A stretch of DNA of 64,000 bases, from contig NC_042997.1 of NCBI RefSeq assembly GCF_006345805.1, positions 176,948,001 through 177,012,000 on the forward strand. The letters run 5' to 3'. Positions 37,197 to 50,509 of the stretch are shown in pieces. How positions within the stretch are numbered: position 1 is the first letter of the stretch; each line of letters opens with the position of its first letter. Origin of the DNA: Octopus sinensis (Eukaryota). The notes under the pieces were generated by a model. That model did not search any database. It was given only the letters and a program-made list of their open reading frames with translations, and had not been told where the DNA came from. The position numbers and the translations under genes are program-made.

Positions 37197-38362
37197 ATCC
37201 AGACATGAACAAAGAGAAAACACAACGACGCGAGGACGTGGAACAAGTATAGTATACATACACATCTACGTATATATATACACATATGTGAATTAGTGTG
37301 TGAGTGTGTGTTATTATGTGCGTGTACGTGCATATGTGTGTGCATATATATGTGTATACGAATATGCATGTATGTATGTATACATGCACGTACACATACC
37401 CACAGATTATATATGACTGTCAACAATAATTTCGTACAAGAGCATTGCGGTGTGTCATAAAGGTTTGAGAAATGATGCGTGTGTATAGAGCAAGACAGAT
37501 AGACAGACAGATATATATATATAGATAGATAGATAGATACATATTTTGACTGTCAACAATAATTTGTGGCAAAAGCATATATCAACAAGCATATAAAGCT
37601 ACATAATTGCAATTAATAGAGAAGAAAGAATACAGCATAAAAGGCAAATAATTGTATGCGGGGAACAATAGAGTTAGATATTCAAAATGACAATTATTAA
37701 CCTCGTGTCACAAGATTTCTTTCTCGGTAGAACAGTGTTTTACTTCAAGTGGATTAGCTTCGTTAAAGGCTGCAAAATAATTATATAAATATATGTATCT
37801 GTGTGTCTGTGTGTGGGTTGATGTATTGTGTGGGTGTCTTTACGATATAGACAGATTATATATATATATATATATATATATAGATATATATATTATATAT
37901 ATATATATATATCATAGTTACAAATATGGACTGAGAAAGACAGGGAGAAGGAGAGGGAGTGACAAAGAAGCAAACGGATAGACAGATATTTAATTTGACT
38001 GTCAACTGCAATTTGGTACAAAAGCATATCCGCAAGTATATACGGTTCTCTATAGGTAACTCACACAGAGTATACACAACGGCATGAAAAGCAAATCATT
38101 GTATGCAGAAAATTGAGGCATTTAAAGTTGCATAATCAAAATGGCAACGTTCTTAAGCCTAATCTCAGAAGATTCTCGACAGTAAAACGGCGTTCCTCTT
38201 GGAGTAAATAATATCCCTCTCGAAGTGTGTTGATAGTATTAAAGCTTGCGAAATGACATTAAAAGGTCTGAAATTATGTATGTGAGTGTCTGTGCCTATG
38301 TGTTAATGTGTGTATATATGTATATTTATGTATAATATGAATGTTATATATGTATAGTGATG

Positions 38363-38427
<65 letters not shown>

Positions 38428-38539
38428 AATGGCGGTGCCCCAGCATGGCCACGGATCATGAGCTGAAACTAGAATCAATCATATATATACATATATGCAC
38501 ACACACATACATTCATACACACACACATATATATATAAG

Positions 38540-38689
38540 TGTAGGCGTGGCTGTGTCGTAAGAAGCTTCCTTTCTAATCAGAGGAGTCCGGGCTCAGTCC
38601 CACTGCGTGGTATCTTGGGCGAGTATCTACTACTATAGCCTCGGGCCGACCAACCGTTAGATTTAGTAGACAGACGAAAGAAGCTCGTC

Positions 38690-38771
<82 letters not shown>

Positions 38772-38959
38772 TATAAATGTATGTTAATATCTATGCGTAG
38801 GAGTCTCTGTGTCAATGTTTGTCCCCCACACCACTGCTTGACAAGGCTTTGGTCGGCCCGTGGCTTTAGTAAGGGCACTTGACAAGGTGCCACGCATTGG
38901 GAATGAACCCAGAACCATGTGGTTGGGAAGCAAGTTCCTACGACACAGCCATGTTTGTG

Positions 38960-38962
<3 letters not shown>
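38540..38962. mobile_element. two SINE family B copies in opposite orientation (+ 38540-~38845, - 38843-38962)
   Basis: + head gtaggcgtggctgtgtcgtaagaagc; - head gaaccatgtggttgggaagcaag..gacacagccatg. Confidence 0.8.
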
Positions 38963-38994
<32 letters not shown>

Positions 38995-39177
38995 GTGATC
39001 AGAGTTAGTGGTTGGAATAACCGTCTAAGGGGATAAGAATATCCGTTCTTACTACCAGTATCATTTACCTATGCTATCTCTGGTCATGGGTATGCAAGCA
39101 CACTATGCTCATAGGGCACAGGTAATAACAGAATAAGCAAAAGTTTATCAGGAATCAAATTTAAATAAGTAGCAAAT

Positions 39178-40388
39178 AGAGAAAACTTTTGATCAACAAA
39201 CAAATTGATCAACATCGGTTAATTATCTTTTAATACACAACATTTCTTACGGCTGTTTCGGCTGCCAATGTCAGTCGGTGCTTACAAATAAAATTCCGAA
39301 AATAATATTCACCACCTTTATAGCATATTCGACCTAGTACATGGAGCTTCATGTTAGTAATTAGCAAGTGTTTTAACTTGTAATCGTTTAATTGTTTGGG
39401 GTTTTTTGTACTTTTTCCCTCTCGTATGTCTAAGAGGCAGAATGCACTCAGGACCGTGTAGATATTTACTTGTTCATTTAGTATTACCACCACTTGGAAG
39501 CATGCTGGTTATTTAAGATGTCAGATTTGGCATTATATTTCGGAGGTAATTTCCACTAGTATTCACCTCCCCTATCAGTAGTCTCCCCCTAACTGTAAAA
39601 AAGTTTATAGCCATGTTGCTTGCTAATATTTATCTTATTTTATATTTTTATTTTTATTTTTATCTTATGTTATATTGAGAGGTTGTAGAAGGGCATAAGT
39701 GGCCTCATGCCACTTATGATATATTCTTCTCCCCACACCTTTTATTTACTGGTTCATTTTCCTCTTTATTTACGTCTATCCCTGTAACGATCCTAACTTT
39801 CCCTTAATTTAAATATAACTGACCAATTGTAGAGATGGCTGAACTTTGGTCAATTCCATTACGGGCAACAGGTGGTCGGTCTCTTGAATATTTCAGTAAG
39901 TATACCATTATAAAAACTCTACGGGTTTGGTTTTTGATAAATATCAATTAGCCCTATTTACGAAATCATAAATACTGTTCTTTTTCTAGACATATTGGCG
40001 ATTCACCCTGGTATCCCTATATAAAGAGATAACCCATAAATTATTTCTCTAGTTTATTTGCAAGTTCACTCTTTTGCCTTGCGACATCAAGCTTCACACT
40101 GCAAAGTGGCATGATTCTAATAAATTAAGCCTTCTGGCCTCGTCTTGAGGCCCTGTTCTTTCCTCTTCCTTCTGCCTTTCTGTTATTTTATGTATTTCTA
40201 TTCACTCTAATGAAGCTCCATGTACTAGATCGAATGTGCTATAAAGATGACGAATATTATTTTCGGAATTTTCTTTGTCAGCACCGACTGATATTGGCAG
40301 CCGAAACGGCTGTAAGAAATATGTTTTGTATTAAAACATAATCAACCAATGTTGATCAATTTGTTTGTTGATCAAAAGTTTTTCTCTC
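39178..40388. mobile_element. 1.2-kb unit bounded by ~175-bp inverted repeats (Penelope pLTR-like)
   Basis: 39178-39351 is the inverted copy of 40210-40388 with scattered substitutions; repeats contain gccgaaac.gc.gtaag (PLE hammerhead stem III-like). Confidence 0.75.
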
Positions 40389-40418
40389 ATTTTCTCTGCT
40401 TATATATATATATATTAT

Positions 40419-40481
<63 letters not shown>

Positions 40482-40597
40482 GCATTGGTTTCAAGTAGAA
40501 AAATATCCTAGTGTCTTAATTTACAAATAAAGAAATTTTATCTACCAATGCACTCATTTTCATCGTTCGACATTTACGTGTATATATATTTATCACT

Positions 40598-40928
40598 GAG
40601 ACCCCCTTCGGTTATGACATAGACCATGGGATTGCACCTAGAAAGTTACCCTCCCAGGCACAAGTCCGGGCAAGGTTGTTTATGGAAGACCAGTATTCGC
40701 CCATGCATACTGACCTCCCCTCTCCATGCCACCAGTGTTATCCAAGGGAAAGGCAAAGACCGATATAGTTTGGCACCTGTGAAGTCGCAACTCATTTCTA
40801 CAGCTGAGTGAACTGGAGCATCGTGAAATAAAGTGTCTTGCTCAAGAACACAACACGCAGCTCGGTCCGGGATTCGAGCTTACAACCTCACGATCGTAAG
40901 CTCGTTGCTCTAACCACTGAGCCATGCG
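40598..40928 (-). mobile_element. full-length tRNA/CORE-like SINE with RTE-type 3' tail
   Basis: Head gcatggctcagtggttagag..ctcgaatccc; ttcttgagcaagacactttatttcacgatgctccag; tail cctcccctctccatgccaccagtgttatccaagggaaaggcaaag. Confidence 0.85.
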
Positions 40929-40943
40929 CTTTCACACACACAC

Positions 40944-41000
<57 letters not shown>

Positions 41001-41475
41001 CACATACATAAATAGAGTCGAGAAGACCGCTGGCACGCATGTTGGATAGAGAAGACATGTTTATCTGCACTGAATGATCGTACAAAGAACTCGTCCATTT
41101 CAATGCATAAAGAGATAACGAGCAGACTCTGATCACCAGGAGCAGATAAATCTTACACTTACTGGGTGCACATGCTCGCAATACATTAGGTAACTAAATT
41201 TGTCCGGTGCCGCATATTGTATTTAGCAGTGTGTGTACATGATTATTCGTGTGAATATTTAACTTTGATGTACACAGGTAGTTTTTGGCTAATTAATGTG
41301 TTTGTGTATATGGTCACTCCTAGTGTTTGACGTGTGTGCATGAATATGTAAATGCCTTCGTGTGTAGTTAGTGTAACACTATCGAATTAGTTTGCTCGTG
41401 GGTGGTTTCCATGTATGTATGTATTCATATATGTATTTATAAATGTAAAACTTTTTCTTTAAAAAATATATATGA

Positions 41476-41516
<41 letters not shown>

Positions 41517-42321
41517 CATATACATATATATGAGTAATAAAGTCAGGTGCAATGGACACTTTATGCGTATGAAGCTATATATGCGCAGATATGAGATAAT
41601 TCAATAGAGCGCATACTTCCAGCGGGGGTGGAAATGAGAGGAAAGCAACATAGATTGCTAACTGTCTGAACATGATATTTACACTGTAATGTAGAAAATC
41701 AGGTACCATTTTGAAAGACAAATGAACAGAATTGACTGATTCTTATCATGTAAATTCAATCAACCAATGGAACTGTGGTGCTCTACAAAACTTGGTCAAC
41801 CATTTGAATTCCTTTACAGGATAAATAAAGGTGTGGAGTGTGTATGTATGCACACACAAACATACACACACACAACACACACATTCACACACACACACAC
41901 ATCTGTACACAGGAATATGTATACATAATACCATCTCATTTCCTACAAAAGAGTTTGGCTTAACAATACTAAACGAAGTATAGATAAAAAAATATATTGT
42001 AAATTATACTGTCTAAAGATGAGGCTAATAGTCTGAAAATTATATTATCAACAGTAACAATTCTCCGATATTTAAATATTTCACGTTACGCAATAAGTCT
42101 GGTTTACTATCAGCTGAAAATCAGGTAACAGAAGAGAACTATCTCCAAACTGGACACTTACGACACATCTACGCCTGCGCTTATATATAATTATGTAGGG
42201 TGTGTATATATGAGTGTGTATTTGAAGTATTATACATACGTAGGTTGACATTTTTATACAGGGAATAGCCAAAAAAATTTGACCTAAATTTCATGTTTAT
42301 CAAATTTGCTTGTTTCTTAAT

Positions 42322-42955
42322 TTTCACTTGTTTCAGTATATTAGATTGCGGCCATGCTGGGGCACCGCCTTCAAGAATTTTAGCCGAACGAATCGATCTT
42401 AGTACTTATTGAATCTTTTTTTAAAAGCCTGATACTTATTTTATCGCTTTCTTTTGCCGAACCACTAGGCCATTGGGACGAAAATACAGCAACGCAGGTT
42501 ATTAAGTGATGGTTATCAAGCAGTGTGTGTTAGTTTCCATGTACCAAATCCACTGACAGTGGTGGCGCGTGGTTTAGTGGTTAGGGTGTTGGACTCATGA
42601 TCGTAAGACTGTGGTTTCGATTCCTGTACCGGGCAACGCGTTGTGTTTTTTTAGCAAAACACGTCATTTCATGTTGCTGCAGTCCAGCCAGCTGGCAAAA
42701 ATGAGTAATCCTGCAATTGACCAGGTGTCACGTCCAGGTGGGGAATTTATACACCATAGAAACCAGGAAACCGTTTCTATGAAACCATTTCTATGGTTTC
42801 TGTGGTTTCACTTTCACTTTTAAATCCACTCACAAAGGTTTGTCCAGCCCGACGCTATAGAAGTAGACACCCGCCTAAGGTGCCACGTACTAGGACTAAA
42901 CCTGGAAACATGTGGCAGAGGGTCAGACTTCTGTTACCACACAAGCATGCCTGCA
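42322..42955. mobile_element. nested SINEs: family B (-) split by a tRNA/CORE-like SINE (+, 42560-42790)
   Basis: gcggccatgctggggcaccgcc tail at left; + head ggcgcgtggtttagtggttaggg..gtttcgattcc; aatccactcacaaagg..aaggtgccacg at right. Confidence 0.75.
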
Positions 42956-43148
42956 GGATAGAATGTGGTTTCGATTCTTGTCTGAAGTCATTTATTTTAT
43001 TATGGCAATGCTGCTTAGGAAAATAATTTTTTGATAGATAAAGTAATGAGACAGGAATTTAGAAAAATGAATGCAGAAAAGCGTTTTATACGAAATATTA
43101 GATAACTGGATTTTAACCTCTATCAGAACGGCTGATTAAAAATTATTC

Positions 43149-43149
<1 letters not shown>

Positions 43150-43224
<75 letters not shown>

Positions 43225-43610
43225 GAGAGAGAGAGAGAAAGAGAGACAAAGGGAGAGACAGAGACAGAAAGAGAGAGAGGGAGACGGAGAGGGAGACGAG
43301 AAAGAGAGAAAGAGAGAGAGAAGTGGTAAGAGGAAACGCGGGAGAGAAAGGGAAAGAAAGAAAGTGAGAGAGAGAGAGAGAGAGGGAGGCGAGAGAGAGA
43401 GAAAGAGGGAGAGAAAGAGGGAAAGAAAGAAAGAGAAATGGAGAGAAAGAGAGAGAAAAGAAAGAAAGGGAGAGAGAGAGAAATGGTGGCAGAGAACGGG
43501 TGAGAGGTAAAGTGAGTGGAGAAAGTATAAGACAGAGAGGGAGAGAGAGAGAGGGAGAGAGAAGGAGAGAGAGAGAGAGGAAGAGAGAGACACACAGAGA
43601 TGAAGCAATA
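43150..43610. repeat. (GA)n and GA-rich tract
   Basis: Direct reading. Confidence 0.96.
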
Positions 43611-43923
43611 TAGAGATAATGGTGGTGAGGAGGTGGAAGTGAAACCGACGCAGATTGCTTACTCCTAATGATTAATCTGATAGAATTTTAACTAAGATTA
43701 GTGTTAGAATTAAGATTTCTCTTATCTTTTAATTCTTCCAGTCTTCTTTTCTACTTCTTTGTCTCTGTCGCTATCTCTATCACTATATCTATAATGTCCT
43801 TTTACTGCACTCACACACAAAACTCACACACATACACGCATACATACATACATGTATTTGACTGTGGGAAATTATGCTTTAAAATAAAATAGTCCTGTAT
43901 AACCCTCCTTACCCTTATATCAG

Positions 43924-44013
43924 ACAGGCGAGTTTGATGATGACGAAAGTCTTCGTGAAAGAGAGCAAGAGTGGGAGCAGAGAAAGAGACATAATAGTCT
44001 GGACAATGTAGTG
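43924..44013 (+). CDS. candidate 90-nt exon (TGEFDDDESLREREQEWEQRKRHNSLDNVV)
   Basis: Pyrimidine-rich ccctccttacccttatatcag| acceptor, open phase-0 frame, weak donor gtg|gttagt; protein not recognised. Confidence 0.25.
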
Positions 44014-44060
44014 GTTAGTGCTAGAGCGCAGTAATTAGGGTTGAACAAAATACTGTAAGG

Positions 44061-44292
44061 AAAGGCGGCGAGCTGGCAGAAACGTTAACACGCCGGGCGA
44101 AATGCTTAGCGGTATTTCGTCTGCATTATGTTCTGAGTTCAAATTCCGCCGAGGTCGACTTTGCCTTTCATCCTTTCGGGGTCGATAAATTAAGTATCAG
44201 TTACGCACTGGGGTAGCTGTAATCGACTTAGTCCGTTTGTCTGTCCTTGTTTGTCCCCTCTATGTTTAGCCCCTTGTGGACAGTAAAGAAAT
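44061..44292 (+). mobile_element. full-length SINE family A monomer (tail-1) with 13-bp TSD
   Basis: TSD aacaaaatactgt at 44044-44056 and 44293-44305. Confidence 0.95.
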
Positions 44293-44544
44293 AACAAAAT
44301 ACTGTCAGGTCTAGCATTTGGGTTGGAATGATCGAAGATTGGAATGATCGAAAATTGGAATGATCGAGGGAGTTTTCGCACGTTGTAGACTATGTGCATC
44401 ATTTGGTTGGATCACTAAGAGATGTTGATAATAATCAGATATTTGGATGAGTTTTGAGTGGATTCAGTGTCAAGTTATTAACTCCAAGTCAAGTCTAATC
44501 AAAGGCATTCCAGTCATAAACATACCTCGTATTTTATTCTTTTA

Positions 44545-44852
44545 TTTATTTCAGTCATTTGACTGCGACCATGCTGGAGCACCGCCTTGAAGGGTTTTAG
44601 TCGTACAAGTTGACCCTAGGATTTATTCTTTGTAAGCCTAGTACTTATTCTATCGGTCTGTCAAGCGATGGCGGTGGGAGGGACACAGACACACAGATAT
44701 AAACAGACACACACACTCACATACATACGACGGGCTTCTTTCAGTTTCCGTCTGTCAAATCCACTAACAAGGTTTTTGTCGGCCCGAGGCTATAGTAGAA
44801 GACACTTGCCCAAGGTGACACACAGTGGGACTGAATCCAGAACCATGTGCGC
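44545..44852 (-). mobile_element. SINE family B copy
   Basis: cagtcatttgactgcgaccatgctggagcaccgcc...cgacgggcttctttcagtttccgtc...gaagacacttgcccaaggtg. Confidence 0.9.
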
Positions 44853-46127
44853 ATGCCTAGAATATATTTAAGAAGCTGGATGTGCGATATTTGATGGAAA
44901 TTTGGCTGCTATTTCTAGAAATACCACGTGGAAACTCCCCACTTTGGTTCAAATGATGTCTAATTGGAATCGAAGCAATCAGCAATTGTAAAGGGTTATT
45001 CAGCGAGTGTGCTACTGTCTTGAGACATCTTGATTGTAAAGTGGTGAGTAGGACAAATCAGTAAAGTCCAGAAGGTTAGAAAATCATGCTGTAATTTACT
45101 GCAGAACAAGAGTAAACATTTAGAGAATCTAGTTCAAGAAATGGCTTTGAATTCTTGGCTGTAGCCATTCCACATCACTTCATTTACATCGGTAATGACA
45201 TAGAATAGTTCTGAATTTACATAATCCCATTTATTTTCTCTTACACTTATATAAAAACAACAACAACAACAACGATTTCATCATCAACAATAGCAACAAG
45301 AACAAATCAATCAATAACAGAGTGAGTTCTTAAAATTCTGTAAATGTAATCATTCTATAGACACCACCGAAATAATTTTCTGATTTAATGGAAGAAAAGC
45401 ACGCAGTGAAGTTTCTATCGTAGGTAAAGGTTTATGTATACAGAACAGGATAGATAATCTTTTAAATCGACTCCATGTGGTCACTCTATTGATTACAGAT
45501 CAAAGTTGTACATATAATACCAATTACTCTAAGAATTCAAGAGCAAAGCACGAAGTGGACATGAAGTTTATGTGACTTAAGTAAAGCGATGTTGTTTAAT
45601 GAATATGAGACATTCATTCACAAAACATTTATTCAATAAAGAAGATAGGGTGAAAAGGATTTTCAGATATATAAAGAATTAGATTGGTAGATAGATAGAA
45701 AGATAAAGAGAGAGTGATAGTGAGAAAGAGAAGAGAAAGAGAGAAAAGAAGGAGAGAAAGAAAAAGAGAGGGAAGGGGCGATGGAGGAAGGATAGGAGAA
45801 AAAAGAGATTAAAAAATCACTAAAGAAAATAGTAGCAAACCTCATAGGAAATAATTTATTTCACGATTAGTTGAGTCCGAAGACTTGGTTTCGGTTTCTG
45901 AAGCATTCAGATCATGTTCACTTTGTGGGTGGTGTTGCTGTTTAGCAACTCTATACAAGTCGCACCTGTTCGGGCAGGCTTATGATCAAAGACATTCTAT
46001 GCATAGCCACCACTAAGGTTTTTCCGGAATACTGTGTTCCGGACTACATCATATATGTGACCGCGTGTGTATCGTTGGCGATTTTTTTTCCTCCGTCTTC
46101 CCTTCCTTAGATCTTTCCTTTTCCTAT

Positions 46128-46162
46128 GTTTCTGACGAAGAGCTTCGCTCGAAACGTTAAAT
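46128..46162 (+). ncRNA. minimal hammerhead ribozyme motif within a pLTR-like repeat (~46040-46255)
   Basis: gttt-CTGACGA-a-GAGC-ttc-GCTC-GAAAC-GTT-aaat; intact core, extra A after A9, palindromic AACGTT stem III; a fragment of the same repeat is at 37195-37260 (-). Confidence 0.6.
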
Positions 46163-47610
46163 CCTGAGCATCCAATAACACTATACTTGTTCCACGTCCC
46201 TGCGTTGTTGTGTTTTCTCTTTGTATTTTCATGTTTGGATTAATTTTACATCATATAACATGTATTGTTAGATGAGTATGAGACATCTTGATACAACTGT
46301 TTTGGCGCTGCCTCTTAGGCGTCGCTGATTCGATGCTGACTTATTTGACATTGGATCTTTTAATGTTTCTTTCATTCTCACTGTGTTTAGTGTGTGAGCA
46401 CACATAAACATATTTCTCTTCGTGTGCAAGAGGAAACGGAAGGAAAGTGTTTACGTAAATCGTGTTCAATAAATAAATTGTAATGTTTCTTTCACTCTCT
46501 CTCTCTATGTGCATGTATATATTTCTGTGTGTCGTGCATGAGTGTAAGTGCGTATTTGTGTGTGAGCATGTGCATGTGTGTATTTCCAGGGCAAAGACAT
46601 ACAGTCACCAAAACAAGTCGAAAGTCCAGTCAGCTGTGCCAAATCGTTACCAACCAAAACAGCCACACTCAAGCATATTCCGTCGTTAGTGTATACTTAG
46701 TGGACCCGCACAAGTGACGTTGATGAGATGGACTAGACATGACTATATTCTGAGTATATTCACCATGAACAAAGCTAGCACTATAATCTTACATAATATC
46801 CATTAATTACGCAGTTCTCATGATCCTTACAATATAAACTCTAATGCAATTACCGTATCTACTCAGTGGGCGTAGGTATGGTTGCGTGGTTTATGAATTT
46901 GCTTTACAACTACGTGGCAACTTGTTCGATCCCACTACACGGCACCTTGGGTAAGTTTTATTCTACTATAGCCCGAGAGTGACACAAGCCTTACGAGTTC
47001 ATATCCTTGGATAATAGACTTCACCTGTTGACTTATTTTATCAATCCCACCTAGTCTTTAGGTGTCTTAGAGGAATCCATTCTGTTGCAGGTATTTGCGT
47101 TAGATTTCCGGTCTGAGGATAATTTCGTATTTTATTCCTATTTAATTTCGGACGCCCAGAAAAGGAGTATGGGGCCTGAGATTCCTTCTGTGATAAAGCT
47201 ATTAAAAACATCATATACAAACTGTCGAATCAAGCTAATGAAAGTTGTCTTAGCCAAGGATACAACACCTTGCCGAGATGGTGAAACAGATAATTGACTC
47301 AATGCTCGATATATAAAAACCACATTGACTTAGTCACTTGCTTCTCTATAATTTAATATCAGCTTATAACTAGTTCACTTCAGTTATAGTACTAACACCT
47401 GTGGTTGAGCTATGTGTCTTGCATTTCACCATCTTTTATTCCTATGAAATCTGACTTTTGTATTCAAGTAAAAATGTAAGCATAAATTAGACTTGAAGTC
47501 AATATAGAGTTTTCTGGCAAACTGCTTCCTTAATAAACTTTTTGCTTATATTTGAAACTATTTCAGTTTATTTACTTGAGCAGTGCCAAAGTAAAATTTA
47601 TAACTTTACG

Positions 47611-47643
<33 letters not shown>

Positions 47644-48050
47644 GTCTTGTATAAATCTGAAGTTATACACTTTCATACGAGGGTAATATCGATTCCATTT
47701 TAGGCACAAAGACAATTAATTTTTTTTTCTACCTCGGGAAAATGAAAATATAAGTTGACCTCGTTGGGAACTTAACCCAGGACGTAGTGAAATGAAACAT
47801 AAATAATATGAGTTTTAGTCTGGTTCTTAATATAAAAATAATTGTTGAAACACCTCCAAACTAATAGTTGTCAAGACTTGGGAAAATGAAAGGAGATTCG
47901 TCAATGGTGATATTTGAACTCAGAGCACTGATCATCATACATGGCATGCGTCATTTAAAAATAAGTGCTAAGCCAGTTTTATATGTTCAGAGCAAAAAAG
48001 CGACAACTTGGACAAGAGTATGCTACAGCATGTAATTGAAAAGTACGTAC

Positions 48051-48101
48051 CTATTGTAATCTCTCACGTTGTCCAACTGTCCATCTCTTCTGTCCCTCGT
48101 T
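48051..48101 (-). CDS. candidate 51-nt exon (RTRDRRDGQLDNVRDYNR, phase 2)
   Basis: Donor ag|gtacgt; acceptor actaacacaaatag| lacks a pyrimidine tract; only phase 2 is open. Confidence 0.2.
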   Translation of the reverse strand, partial: NEGQKRWTVGQRERLQ

Positions 48102-49164
48102 CTATTTGTGTTAGTTTTACTTATCAGTATTTTGCCGTAGTTGGTTAAGCCAAGCTCTTGAGTAAAAGCGAGTAGGTGAAACAGTATAGAAATCCTTTGG
48201 GTCGACTGTACTTGTTGTTGAGCCAACCGATTTAATCCATAGTCTAATTTAAACCACTATTTGACAGAGTCACTTCTCTTACAAACATTCAGACCAGCTC
48301 TCTTGTTATTCTAATGTACTAACTCCTACTGGTTTCTTTATCCCAATTCTTAACCAGTCCTCAAAACCCAGCGAAAAGTCAAGGTTATCCCTCCTCCTCA
48401 TCAGACCTCGTCTACTAAGCCATAAAACTTTTTGATATGTACAAATATACCTGTGTCTTATCTAGGAGTCATGCATAAGTATTTCGGCTGTAACTAGAAT
48501 ATATTTTGTATCTCTATGAACCAAAAATCACAGACGACAGTCCAGATACTTACACTAGTTACCGGATTTTCCAAAATATAAATTAAGAAAAGTAAACTGT
48601 CTGGCAATAAAAATATGTTTCTTAGATAATTCAGCGCATAGAATATTTGCCAGATACCTGAAAACATCAAATAATTAAAATAAACTCAACTACCACCATA
48701 GGAAATGTATATCTCAAAGGTAGAATACAAAACGTTACCGTTGTATGGCAGAAACGTTCCAATCAACAAAACATCGCATTAAAAGTCTTGGAGATTGAAA
48801 GTGTCCCAAACACAAGCTATGCCAACAGCAGGAGTTAGTATTTCAGCACAACGTTGTTGGTCTCCCATTTAAACAAAACGGACATAAGATTGGTTTTATA
48901 ACCTGTTGTAAGTCATAGGTAGTATATTCAATCCGTCATTCGGTTTAACAATATCACCTGAACCCTGGATGCTTTTAGGAAAGTTTAGTCTATTCCGAGC
49001 AGTCGGATCAAGTATCCAGTACGAAGATGACCCATGTGAAATCGTCTCCTCCCGTTGCTTTTATCAGTCTTGGACATAAAATGTCATAGATAGTGTTATA
49101 GCTATGTATGTATGTATGTATGTATGTATGTATGTATGTATGTATGTATGTATGTATGTATGTA

Positions 49165-49713
49165 TTTGTCAGGTCACTTTCAAGTGCTACTGGTAACATG
49201 TAACCCAGTACAACCTGTTGCATGGTCGGGTCGTCGGCGACTAAACCGGCAACCTCACCAAGCTTGCTTGGTGAGGATGGTGTTTATTGGACACCCTGCA
49301 GGATGAAAAACAAAACCCGACAAAGAGCGGAGGAACTCTTGAGAGTCAACGGCCATCCAAAAAATGTCTTAAGGCTGTATCATGCGCGGGGACATAGAAA
49401 TAATCGGACTGAATACCCGATCGCGCAGTTAAACCATTGGGAGTAAAGGACTTTGTCAGGGCATCCTTCTAGGAGAAGGTAACTCTGGTAACTGGGATAA
49501 CTCCGACATAAAATCTGCGGCTCAATGGTTACCGATGATGTTGACTTGTTCTTCTTTTCGGATTATGGTTGCTGTTGCTTAGTGAGTGGGATTGACTCAG
49601 TGCACAACCTTTCCTCACTTTACAAAAATTATTTTTGAACAGGCATTGCACGATAACAACATTGATTAAGCTTCGTGCAATGGCCATACTCGATAACGAG
49701 GGGACAGCCACCA
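49165..49713 (+). mobile_element. probable 5' UTR fragment of an RTE-type LINE embedded in (TATG)n
   Basis: GC-richer non-coding block between two (TATG)n arrays; resembles RTE 5' ends by recollection; perfect hairpin cctcaccaagc-tt-gcttggtgagg at 49253-49276. Confidence 0.4.
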
Positions 49714-50035
49714 TGTATGTATGTATGTATGTATGTATGTATGTATGTATGTATGTATGTATGTATGTATGTATGTATGTATGTATTTATGTATGTATGT
49801 ATGTGTGTATGTATGTATGTGTGTGTATGTATGTATGTATGTATGTATGTATTTATGTATGTATGTATGTATGTATGTATGTGTGTATGTATGTATGTAT
49901 GTATGTATGTATGTATGTATGTATGTATGTATGTATGTATGTATGTATGTATGTATGTGTATGTATGTATGTATGTATGCATGTATGTATGTATGTATGT
50001 ACGTATGCATGCATGTATGTATGTATGTATGATGC

Positions 50036-50083
<48 letters not shown>

Positions 50084-50210
50084 GTACATGTATACATATA
50101 TGTGTATATCTGTCTGTGTTCATACATAGATATATGCATACGTACATACATACATGCATAAACACATACATACATACATACATACATACATACATGCATA
50201 AACACACTTA
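49714..50210. repeat. (TATG)n/(TA)n/(TACA)n compound microsatellite
   Basis: Direct reading. Confidence 0.97.
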
Positions 50211-50468
50211 CGAAGGCTTCCACACTTCCAGTCTACTATAGGCCAACCCAAAATGATAGTAGAAGAAAAAATTACCCAATGTACGATGCAGAGATCGAAT
50301 CCAGAACCACGTGATTATAATGCAAACTTCTCAACCGCGCAGTCATGTCTGAATTTTTTTGTATTTTGCATTCTTGTTTTTCCCTTTGTTTTCATAATTT
50401 AGTTGAACAGGTGTTACTGCACATCTGCACATCAAAATTGAGACACGGAATCTGCATTGATCCTTACT

Positions 50469-50504
<36 letters not shown>

Positions 50505-50509
<5 letters not shown>

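Noticed and set aside
39782-40209. Solo LTR starting TGTAAC
   Set aside because: No matching ..CA end or TSD; treated as the interior of the inverted-repeat unit
44323-44368. 3 x 16-bp repeat (ggaatgatcgaa.att) as CRISPR-like array
   Set aside because: Direct tandem units without spacers in eukaryotic DNA; an ordinary minisatellite
48330-48420. Hammerhead from minus-strand ggtCTGATGAgg
   Set aside because: No properly placed stem II/GAAA/stem III
49170-49330. HDV-like ribozyme
   Set aside because: P2 and P4 could be drawn but not P1, P3/L3 or P1.1
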